The position numbers and the translations under genes are program-made. This document shows positions 1 through 11,144 of a DNA stretch of 64,000 bases, piece by piece (within the stretch, counting starts at the first letter, position 1; each line of letters starts with the position of its first letter). The notes beneath the pieces were generated by a model. It had not been told where the DNA came from and did no database searches. It saw nothing but the letters and a program-made list of their open reading frames with translations. Source of the stretch: Chrysomallon squamiferum (lineage: Eukaryota; Animalia; Mollusca); the NCBI GenBank assembly GCA_012295275.1, contig CM022673.1, forward strand, positions 21,142,001 to 21,206,000. Reading direction: 5' to 3'.

Positions 1-412
1 GAGGTAACATTGACTGTGGTTTCAGTAAATCCTTTATTTTTAGTTTGAGATGAATTCCTTTGTCTTAATAAAACCTAGCCTGTTTATTTTAAATTACTTG
101 AAATTGATTTTTAACAGCTTCTTTAAATGTTTTTATTAATTTTTCACTGGTGTTATTTCAGTTTTTTCCTATTTTATGACTCTCTGGATGTCATGCATTC
201 AGTTCATGTGGAATGTTAAGCTATAATACTGTTTTTGAAGTATTTTTCTTTCAAACATATAAAACAAATTTTAAGATATACTTAGTTATTTTAATATATA
301 TTTTTAAAAATTATTTTTATTATTATACATTTATTTCTTTTTTATATACATACTTTTTAGCCAAAGTAGAATTGAATCTACATTTGTCTAAACTATTTTT
401 ATTGCTAACCAG

Positions 413-3400
413 GATGCTCAGAATCTGCCAGAGGGCGCTAGTGTGCCAGCTCTAGGATTATCTAACAAAGCAGTGTTCCAAGGCGTAAAACCAAATTTAA
501 CTGAAGACTTGAAAATGTCTGTCAATTTGAACAATCAGTATGAAGAACTGTATTTTAAATCTGTGTCTACCAGTGGTGAGAAAAAGAAACTTATTCATTT
601 GATGATTTATTGTGTTCTTCTTTAAGAACATCACTAATACAAGACATACAATAAATATAGTATTATTAAATTTAATATAATAACAAAACAGATACATTTG
701 ACTTGTGATCAATATATGTAATGGCCATCTTGGCTGATATTCTTTTGATTTTGACATAGAAGATCAGTGGCATTTTAAATAAAGAACTTTTCTCAAGCTG
801 ACAGCAACTATCAATACTGAAATATATTTATACTTGCCTCAGATACTCAGTATATTTTTTCCTTATTACATACAGTGTGTGAATTTAAATATATATATAT
901 ATGTTGTACTGGCTTCCTGTTCAGATTAGTGATTTGAAGACTTTTTTCACTTACATAATCATACATACACTTGACAAAAATTACATATAAAACTGTATTT
1001 TATCAACTGTAGCTCCTCCTACAGAAGAAAACCTGTTACAGAACACTCTGTGGCCAGAATCTCAGAAACTGTATGGACATGGATATGAAGTGTTTTCTGT
1101 GGCCTGTGATCCTGCAGGGAAGATAGTAGCATCGTCTTGTAAAGTAAGACTGTAAAACACCCCTTGTACCAGACTCATCCCACTTATTTAATTACCAGTC
1201 AGAACCAAGCATTATCTTCTATGTACTTCTCTTTTCTTAAACAAAATATAAAAAAAAAAAAAAAATAAATAAATAAATAAATAAATCTTTTTTACATTTT
1301 AATATTTTAAACTGTTATTGATTGAATCTATGTAAAACCATATGATGTCTGTGGAACTTTAAGTTCTCCTTGACTCATTGTCATGAACAATTACTTTAAA
1401 ATAATTCTCTTGCACTATCACACTAATATTTCTGCCCTTAACTGACCAATAAATTTAAACTATTTTACAGGCAACCAATGCGGAGCACAGTAAGATAATT
1501 CTGTGGGATAGTTTGAGCTGGCAGCAGACTGGGACTCTGGAGGCTGCCACACTCACAGTTACACAAATAGCTTTCTCTCACAGTGGGCGCTACCTTCTCT
1601 CTGTGTCACGTGACAGAACATGGTCACTGTTCAGAAAACAACAACATTCAGGTAAAAACACTTCTCTTGATGACAGTGATGTTTTATTAAACCACTGTTA
1701 GTTGTTATGATTTTTAACTTGATGAAAATAGTTGATTCTTGTACAGCTGTTATAATTTTAGTTTCTAAGTAGTCATTTAAAAAAACAATTAAAATTTAAA
1801 AAAAAATAATAAAATAAAATAAAATTACCTAATGGATGGATCATGTGTTTCAACAGATTTTGAATTTGAGAAAATAGGATTTGTTGACAAGAAAACATCA
1901 TCACATTCCCGTATTATCTGGTCATGTGCATGGACAGAAGATGACAAATATTTCTTGACTGGATCAAGAGATAAAAAGGTAATAAAAAGCATTTTTACTA
2001 TTACGTTCTGTTATCTGAGACAGTATACTGATAAACCTAATTCATATGTGTACAATTTCTTCTTTTTAAATTTTAAGTTTTATATATATATATATGTTGT
2101 TGTTAAAGTTTAAATAATTAAAAAAACATTTTTTAAAAATTTCGTTTCTCAGGTCATGGTGTGGTTGAGATGTGACATACTTGACAGGGGAGATAATTCA
2201 CAGAGTCCAGTTTTCACAGTGACGTTTCCTGACGCTGTTACAGCTGTTGATGTAGCTGCAGTGTTGGTGAATGAGTGGTACGTGTATCCAGATTTCATCA
2301 AAACATTCTTCATTCATAATTTTGTATGGCTAATAGTGTTCATGGATTTGTATATCCAAGCATGTGTAAGTTATTGTTCAAATATATAAATTCATTTGGT
2401 CTCATTTTATGCTTAATTTTAACATTTTATCTATGTGTTTTTTTTAATTATCAGAAATGGATGGACTTGCAGGAGATTGATTTAATAAACATATTCATAA
2501 ACATTTTAAAACACTGTTACACCTGCTGATGGTTGTTCCATATAGAGATAAGCTAGATATTTGATTATATATTTAATCTGACAAGATAATGCACTTGTTT
2601 AGAACTTAATATTTACAGTTTTATTCAGTACTGACTGCTTATGATAATTTTCAGGAAACAAAACAAATTTATAAAAGTCACTTCTGCATGCTTTTAATCC
2701 TAAAAATATTGTGATGGATTTTTCAGCTATTTGATAGCTGTTGGCTTGGACAATGGCTGTGTCCTTATTTGTAAGTGGAAACCACCAGACAACTGGGTTT
2801 GCTGCACAAAACTTGATCAAGCGTATCCTTCGATAAAACATTTTAGATTTTTAATAATTTTACCAGTTAACAGTTGATGAGAGGAATTTTTTAAAATGTG
2901 AAGAAAAATAAATCCAAAATCACTTTACTATAAAGAATGAAAAACAGATTATATTTAAGTTCAGTACATAGTAAAAGAAAACTCTTTTTTTTTGTTGTTT
3001 ACAAAAAAAAAAAAAGAAAAAAAAAAAACATGAAATTAAAAATTAAAATAAACAACATTGCATCTCCTGTTTATTTTAATTTTTAATTTTATGTTTCCTT
3101 TTTGTGTTTGTTTATTTGTTTTTATTGGTTAAAATAAAATCTATCTTAATGCAAAATTAATATTCTAAATCAGGACTCAGTGATCAAAATTACATATTGA
3201 AAAAATGTATAATCCAATAACACTGAAATAAAAATTTGGATTTTCTTTTTCTTAACTGTCTGAGATCTGCCCACCATTTGACTGTGACACGACTGAGATT
3301 TCGACCTCGTCTCGGACTTGCGGGAAAAGCAGACTGTGATACAAAACAGTGGCTTCAGTTAGCCAGCTGTGGCTGTGATCATTTAGTCAGAATCTCCGAT

Positions 3401-3421
3401 ATTCACTTAGACAAGTTGTGA
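413..3421 (+). CDS. ELP2: Elongator complex protein 2 (WD40), 3' part; the gene begins upstream of the window
   Basis: Seven exons: 413-575, 1013-1143, 1471-1651, 1857-1978, 2153-2277, 2727-2822, 3265-3421. All have AG/GT boundaries and matching phases. The translation contains ELP2-typical segments [74 protein letters not shown] and [12 protein letters not shown]. Stop TGA is at 3419-3421. Bases 1-3 (GAG|GTAAC) are probably the end of the previous exon. Confidence 0.95.
2823..3264 (+). other. U12-type (minor spliceosome) GT-AG intron, last intron of ELP2
   Basis: The 5' splice site is GTATCCTT (2823-2830). A branch-site-like TTCTTAAC (3249-3256) lies a few nt before the AG (3263-3264) with no pyrimidine tract between. 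Splicing here joins DQA|SAHH in frame. Confidence 0.85.
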
Positions 3422-3456
3422 CAGTCATTCTCATTGTAAAACTTCAGTAAGGTATG

Positions 3457-3500
3457 AATAAAACTATTTTAAAAATAAAAACATCTAACTTATGAATAAA
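3457..3500 (+). terminator. Candidate ELP2 polyadenylation signals
   Basis: AATAAA at 3457, about 3474 and about 3495, just after the stop codon. Which one is used cannot be determined from sequence. Confidence 0.5.
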
Positions 3501-6500
3501 TGATTAAATATTTTCATGACACTTTGATAGTAATCTATTTTGTTGTCAGATAATATGAGAGGAAATACACAGTCATTAGTCTTTGACCTTTTCTTATCTG
3601 TTAAATATACCTGTAAAGAATAAAAAAAAACAAAGGTCGATTTTTTTTTTTTTTTTTTTTTTTCACTAAATTATTTCTGCAGGAAATAATAAATCACATT
3701 ACTGTTATGGAGTAACATTTTAAATTTTTGACATTTTTAAACTTATTTTAAAATACTGATCTACAAGAATTATGAATTTACTTTTTTTATTTATTTATTT
3801 ATTTATTTATTAGAACATTTATATAAAAGATGTGGTTCTTGCATTAATTGAGGGTACAAGTTGAGAATATGTTCCCATTAACCCTGAATCGATCATTCTA
3901 AAGTTCAGACTTGTACCAAACCATTTATCTGGCAGTTTGAGGACTGAAAATGGCCTGGGTTTCTGGATTTGCCTGATTTCTGCATACAGGTTAAACCTTT
4001 ACTTAAAATATAAAATAAAAAATGAAAAATAAAGAATGAAACTGTATTTAACACTACACATTAATACACTTCTAAATCTGTTTGATCTTTGTTAACCCAC
4101 TTAAAATTCTTCATGTAACTGCATAAAAAGTGCTTTTCATTAGCAAGTTGTGTTTTTGCTGGTTATTTAGGTATGATGATAAATGAAAACTGAAAAAATA
4201 ACTTACTGTGAGAGGAACACCTGTAAACAGCAACATTCTCAACTTCTGATGACAGAGAAACCAAAACAAAGTGTGTCAATTCAAAAGTAGCCCATTTTCC
4301 AAATAAGTAGATTGGTGCCTGTATCAGTATCTTACTTTTCCTGAAGAAATAATTTCAAGACAAAGACAGTCCAGAGAGTTTTTAATTGTACATAATAAAT
4401 AAAAGTACAATATATTTACAATATCAGAAGCACACACCAAGTTCTAATAAAGTTACACTAGTATAATGTTCACCCCTTTTAACAGTAGCAGACATCAGCT
4501 TTGAATTCAAAACATCAAATCAAAAATCTTCAGCAATGTAAGCATCTAATTAGCATGACAGTCACATTTTCAAAAATGTCATTTTAATCAACAGAGCTCA
4601 ATATTAGAACGTACCAAAAAAAAAAAAAAAAAAATCTTTTAACATTTATAACTTGTCAGGGAATTTGAGTTACTATACAACTAACAAAAAAAATATGAAA
4701 ATAACAAGACAAATTTCTCAAAAAATAACTTATATTATTAATAATAAGTAAAATAAATCATAAATTTTAGAATACTAAACAATAAACAAATACTGTTTAT
4801 GAAAATGTGTAAACATATTTCCTGATATGTGTAAGTATTTGGTCATGTTTGAGACTTCTTATTATATGTCATCTTTTTTATATAAATTTGTCTCTGGTCC
4901 AGTTTCATACATTTGGATTTGCATGCGTACTTTAAAACAAGTGATTACTCATTCTTGTATAGAAATGTGTGCTTAAATTACCAACTAAAACATTTTTTTT
5001 TCTTTTTTTTTCTTGTCACTGTGAAGGTTCATTAAAATAAATGTGTGGGTGTGTAATGAAGTGACAAATTACATTTTAACATCAATCATGAAACTGTACA
5101 ATCCCCACCCCCACCAATTCATTCACACGTATCTGATACCCAGTGTGTTTTTGTTTTATTTCAATGGGATAAGCTGGGACTACTGAACATTCATATCAAC
5201 ACAAACATCTGGATTCAGTTCGTAGATGTAGTCTCCAGATACCTGTGTGTAAAACTGTCAGTGACACAGTGTGGTGTTGTTTTCTATCACATTTCATGTC
5301 AACTAAAATCACTGGGCAAACATTATGCACAGAACAGATCTTCCAGATCCATGGTGAAAAGAATTATATTCCATATTCACCATTATAAGAAAAGCCCAAA
5401 GCAAGAGTCAACAGGCACACTGTTTTTTCCTTTTCTTACATAATCAAAACTTTCATTCGTGTTAAATATATTTATAAATAAAAGCTAGTAACATATATAT
5501 ATGTGTGTGTGTTATTTTCTTTCTCTACAGACATCATCAATTTCATGTTTTAGTTGCCAAATATTAAACTATTTTTAAAAGTCATGGACAAATTTGAAAC
5601 TAAATCTATCTTCCTACCTTGTCTCTGGGGCCCTTTTATTACACACCTGTCTAGAAACTAAATTCATTAATAGCATATATATGTAAACACAGATGCAAAA
5701 TAAATGAGGCAAATTGTGCATAGTTTTTCATAATGTTATCACTGGTAAGTTTTTTAATTGACACAAATCAATTAATTGACTCACAATATGGAACAACTTT
5801 TCTAGCTTTATCTAGTTTGCTTATCTAGTTTCCAAAATACTCTGAGAAAAGAAATGTAGGTTAGATTTATTTTTTTCAATAAAAATTCATGATGCAAAAC
5901 TGATCTGCCAACAGTATAAAATGTTTGAGCCTTGGAAAAATAACCTGAAAATTCTGCCCTGATAATATTAGGATTTGAATGGTACTGCAATACCCGTATA
6001 CTATTAAGTATTACTATTATTTACTTTTTTGAAACAATTAAAAACATAATAACTAACACTTGTTTTGTTGAGGTCGATGTGATAGTATCATCTCTTCTGA
6101 TTTAAAAACTCTTATGTCATTCAAAACATTTTCTTGTTCAAATAATGTTTCAAAAAGGTATTCTTATTTTAAAAATAATACCAATAAAATAAAGATTATG
6201 GAACACAGGTAACTCTCATTTTTCAAAAAAGTTATAAACAAAATAAATAACAATGGTAAAAAAAGAAATAGGTAATTATGCTAAGAGGTCAACTTTTTAT
6301 ATTAGAACCTGTCTGTTTTGTAACAGCAGACCTGATTAATATGAAATTATTTCAATTTCCATACCCCAGTTATATTAACAATATACAATGAAGACAGTAT
6401 GATTTTACACATGTGAAAATTAAAAATTTAGATATTGTTAAATGCAAAATGAGAAAGAATAAAAGAAAACAAAATTAAAGAAAGAAATTGTTCAATTATC

Positions 6501-6764
6501 CCTAGAAAATTATTAAAATAAAGAGAGACAAGTGCAGCAATTCTTCTAGGATCTGTCAAACAGAATAGCATGAAATCAATAAGGAATTAGACAATTTAAA
6601 AATATTTAGGAAAGTAATTATAGACATTCAAAGCAATAAAAAATCATTTCTTGCACCAAAATACTAACATCACAGAGACTAGCTTTTGTTTTCTTCAAAA
6701 GCTCACTAAGAAAACATTTGCATATATTTTGCAATTGTGCTAATTCAAACTAGGTAGCAAATGT

Positions 6765-7520
6765 AACTGAAAACTGGAATTTATACACAAACTAACTTGA
6801 AACCAACTCCTTTTACAAATATCATTAAGTGAAAATAGGTCCATTTACAGAGACCATGAAAAAAGAAAATATTTCCATTTACTCATTCTGAAATACATAT
6901 ACATTTACACAACATAAAATGACAAAGACTTTATTAATACATAACAGTAAGTGAAATACTCCATTTAAACAAAGCATGTTTGTAAATTTAATTTCATTCA
7001 CATAACAGGAACTGAAATCTACTCCATTCACTTACAACAGCTAAAACTGACTTCATAAAATGAGCTGAAATTAACTCCATTTAAAAATGCATAAATTAAC
7101 TTGATTAAATGGAAATTCAACTCCTGTTGAAAAGACATGGACATAAATTAATTTTGTGTTATAAACTGAAATCGTCTAATAAAGTGAAATTAACTTCACA
7201 TACATCAACTAAAATCAATTTGAATCTCCCTGAACTGAAATTAAATTTGTTTACAGATGAATGAATTGAAATTAAGCTGATTTTTAATAAATAAATAAAA
7301 AGACATTTGCTCTATATACACCAAAACTTGAAATTATCTAGATTTTTTTTTTTACATTATAATCTAAAATAAGTCTTACTCGTTGACTACTGGAATATGT
7401 AAGTGTACATTTTATACCAACCGAATTCATCTTCATTATCATACATACTGAAATTACAGTTTGTTCAAATTTAACTGGAATTATCTGAGTTTACACATTC
7501 AAAATTAAAATAACATCTAA
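6765..7520. repeat. Highly decayed tandem repeat, core about (C/G)TGAAATTAACTCCATTTA
   Basis: More than ten recognisable variants, e.g. gtgaaatactccattta, ctgaaatctactccattca, ctgaaattaactccattta, gtgaaattaacttcacata, ctgaaattaaatttgttta. Confidence 0.5.
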
Positions 7521-7645
7521 TTCACTGACTACAGCAAGAAATCATGACAAATATTTGAAAGACTTGTGAAACAATGTGAATCCAGGCAAATGGTGTTGTT
7601 CAGATGCTCCTGAAGATCATTTTATTATCTCACACAATAATTATT

Positions 7646-8060
7646 AATTCAGACAAACACATTCGAGTCACCAAATGTGTGTGAGTTCAGATATATGGAC
7701 ACATTTTTTTCACAGTATGTGTAAATTCAGACAAACCAACACATTTTTCACAGTATGTGTAAATTCAGACAAACCAACACATTTTCACAGTAAGTGTAAA
7801 TTCAGACAAACCAACACATTTTTCACAGTATGTGTAAATTCAGAAAAACCAACACATTTTCACGGTAAGTGTAAATTCAGACAAACCAACACATTTTTCA
7901 CAGTAAGTGTAAATTCAGACAAACTGACACATTTTCTCTGTATATGTGAATTCAGACAAATTGACATACTTTTTCACTCAACTCACAAAATATGTGTGAG
8001 TTCAGATATAACGACATTTTTTCACTCTTGTGAATTCAAACAATCTGACATGTTTTTCAG
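7646..8060. repeat. 37-38 bp minisatellite (AATTCAGACAAACCAACACATTTTTCACAGTATGTGTA)
   Basis: About five to six near-identical central copies with degenerate flanking copies. This explains the repetitive ORF 7675-8124. Confidence 0.9.
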
Positions 8061-11000
8061 ACAAAAGGACAAATTATCTGACTATTCACAAGAAACTGAA
8101 TCCAGAACACATTACTTTACATGAGTTACCACAGAATGTGTTCAAACATTTTTCACCATTGTTTTTAATAATCACTGGCAAAGTATTCTCTGTATTCTAG
8201 GAATATTTCTTATAAAACTTGTATAACTTGTAAAACCAGCTTAGCTGTTCTTATTAGTAAAAATATATCCATAAAATGATGGACTGATCAATGGATGGAC
8301 AGATAGACATCAAAATACAAAACACACAAAATTTATAAAACTTTTGATAATTTGTCATCAAAATGAAATGAACTTTTATCAATTACAAAATATATCGCAA
8401 TAAAAATCAATTAACTGGAAGCTAAAAAGGTCTTCAGACAACAAATCTGCACATATAAAATGTGAAAAATGCCATTTTAGACGGGAAATAACATTTCTGC
8501 ACAAAACAGTAAGAAATACAACAGGACAAACATATTATTCTGAAAAACCCACTCTGAACAGGAAAACAGTAATAACATACTGAATAAAAGTTTGTACATA
8601 CATGTATGATACTAAAAACAGTTATGAATAATGAAATATTTGTTCACATTGTTTTGATAGGCAGTTCTGTTTTATGTGACTCTAAAATTTGATGAGTGCC
8701 AGTATATTTTGGATTACAAATAATTTTGATTTTTACATCAGTAACTTTTATTTGTTTTTACATAAAAATATATCATGATCCCTAAATTTTTGGTTCAGTA
8801 AATAATCAAAATTTATAGCTAATATTGAAAACAAATCACCAGCTACATACAAACATGAAATTTATTTTGTTAATTTCATTGATCTTTTTTTTTTTCCTTT
8901 ACAATACTAATGATCAAAATCATAAAATTAAAAAACAAATTTTAAAATATTTAGAAGCTGCATTTGTTATTAACATCATAAAAACTTTCACAGTGGAAGA
9001 GAAAAATCAATTTCTAATTATCAGAGAATAAAACATTAACTGTCACCTAAATTGTTTAATTTCTAGTTTTAATGATAATTTTGTTTTAATTCTTAAATTT
9101 TTTATTTTTCTTAAACTTCAAAAATAGATATTAGAAGCAATAATCAAAGTTAATGGAAATAATTTTGCTTACTGATAAACCTTTTTTCTATCTATTTATT
9201 TTTAAAGCTAGTTCCTTTTAATTTGTTCTGACCATTTATTGGCATTAAAAACTATTTTCACAAAGTTTAATTTCAAGTAATATCAAATAATTTGGCAAAA
9301 TAACACATTTAAGTTAATGGAATGTTTTGTTATATAATTACTCATTTCTGCTAAATGAAAAAGAAAAAAAAAAGGTGATTTTTTTGTTTTTTTCAGGGGT
9401 TAAACATTTTATAATTAATTTTTTTCTTTTTCTTTTTTCATGTACCAAATTGTAAATCCATTTATTTCAATGCTGTAGGATCACTTTATCAAATGAACAT
9501 GCAAAACATTTTTATTTTAAAATAGATTATTTTCACATTATAACAGATTTACCTTTTTCATCTCACAGAATTAATAACAATTTAACAACCAGAATTTTTT
9601 CATATTTATGTATGTTCATTAAATGTGTACTTTATTGATAGTTATTTCTGTTTATATTCAAGTAAACTGCTAAATTAACTTTGATAAAGAAAACAAAAAC
9701 TTTATGAGAAGATGATGATGATGATGATAATGATTATCATGCAGCTTTCATACTTCTGAAAAATATTCCCATACTGAAATCTCTCCTTCAAAATACTGTA
9801 ATAATTTCATTGTCAAGTTACAATTACTTTTAAAGTTTCTAACAAAGATTAAAATACTGCATTATTTTGTGATTGCTTTGAATTTCAGTACCCCATTTAA
9901 CCAATGTCTGTAAAGTTATTTATAAACACTTCAGATTTTTGTATAATAAATATACTGAATGCTGAATTAGTTAAAATTTCTATTCATATTTGTTGCTGGG
10001 TTATTAGTTTTATTATTTTAGCATTATTTATGTTCATCATCTGCTTATAGTGCTACTGAATATATATCTAATTTTGTTAATGACAAATTAAAAAAAAAAA
10101 GAAAAAAAAGATACTCAACAATATACATGTAATATAATAATAAAAAAAAAAAAAAATATATATATATATACTTGTTTTTATGAATTTTTGTCAGACAAGA
10201 GTTCAAATCTCAATAACACTCCTACGCACACAGTATTCTACTTTCTCTAGCACTTATATGAAATCATACAAAGAAGCACCAGTCAGTTTTCTGATTTGTT
10301 TTAATTCCTAGTCACAGAACAAAACTAAATATCAATAATAAAAACAGAATTCAGATAAAGAATAGGTAGTACAGGCTCAATAAAAATTCTTCAGCTATGA
10401 AGTCAAAGGAGATAAATAAACTTGTATTTATGGTATTTCCATGAAAATTTTAGGTTGACATGTTGTGGTTTTTGTTATTTTTTGCATTAAAAATAATCTT
10501 GTTGCCATCATGAAAGAAAAGTAATATACATGCTCTGAAGCAATTTGATTGAATAATAATGATGATTATTAAAGATATTATGCAATGGTTATTATTACTC
10601 CGTGTTGACTGGCTACTCCTGGGAATGTCATACAGAGATGGAGTATTGGTACAGTCACTGTAACATTATGATTTTTGTATTGGTATAATAAAAGACATTT
10701 ATGATATGTGTAAGAAACAAATATGTTTAATTATTAATAACTTAACAATAGATACACAATCTATTTTATATGTTTTATTTTTATTTTTAATTCATTAAAA
10801 AATATAAAATTGTAATAATAACAAATAAATAAACAATAATAATAAACAAAAACAAACTTGTTAAAGTAATTGCACCTTTTTATTTATATATTTATTTTCT
10901 TTTTAATTTCTTTTTTCAAAGTAGCTTCCTTAATTTGGAACCATTAAAAAATGTTTAAAAAATACAAAAAGGAAAATAAACAATTCTTTTGACATTTGAA

Positions 11001-11144
11001 CTGTTATATCAACAGTAAATATAATGATCTTGTATGTCAGAAGTGTTGTCAAGCCAATCACAATACAAACTGACTGGTGCATTACAAATCACATTACAGA
11101 AATTTAATTTAAAAATTGCAGATTAAACTACTTCAATAATTATA

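Noticed and set aside
3878-3994. TTAA-flanked segment with short inverted ends (piggyBac-like MITE)
   Set aside because: The terminal match is too short to separate from chance without a genome-wide copy search.
6765-7520. Repeat-spacer pattern superficially like a CRISPR array
   Set aside because: The repeats are highly degenerate with irregular spacing, the context is eukaryotic, and there are no cas genes.
7675-8124. 149-aa ORF with periodic Cys/His resembling zinc fingers
   Set aside because: It is the translation of the 37-38 bp minisatellite; the unit length is not a multiple of 3 and there is no splice support.
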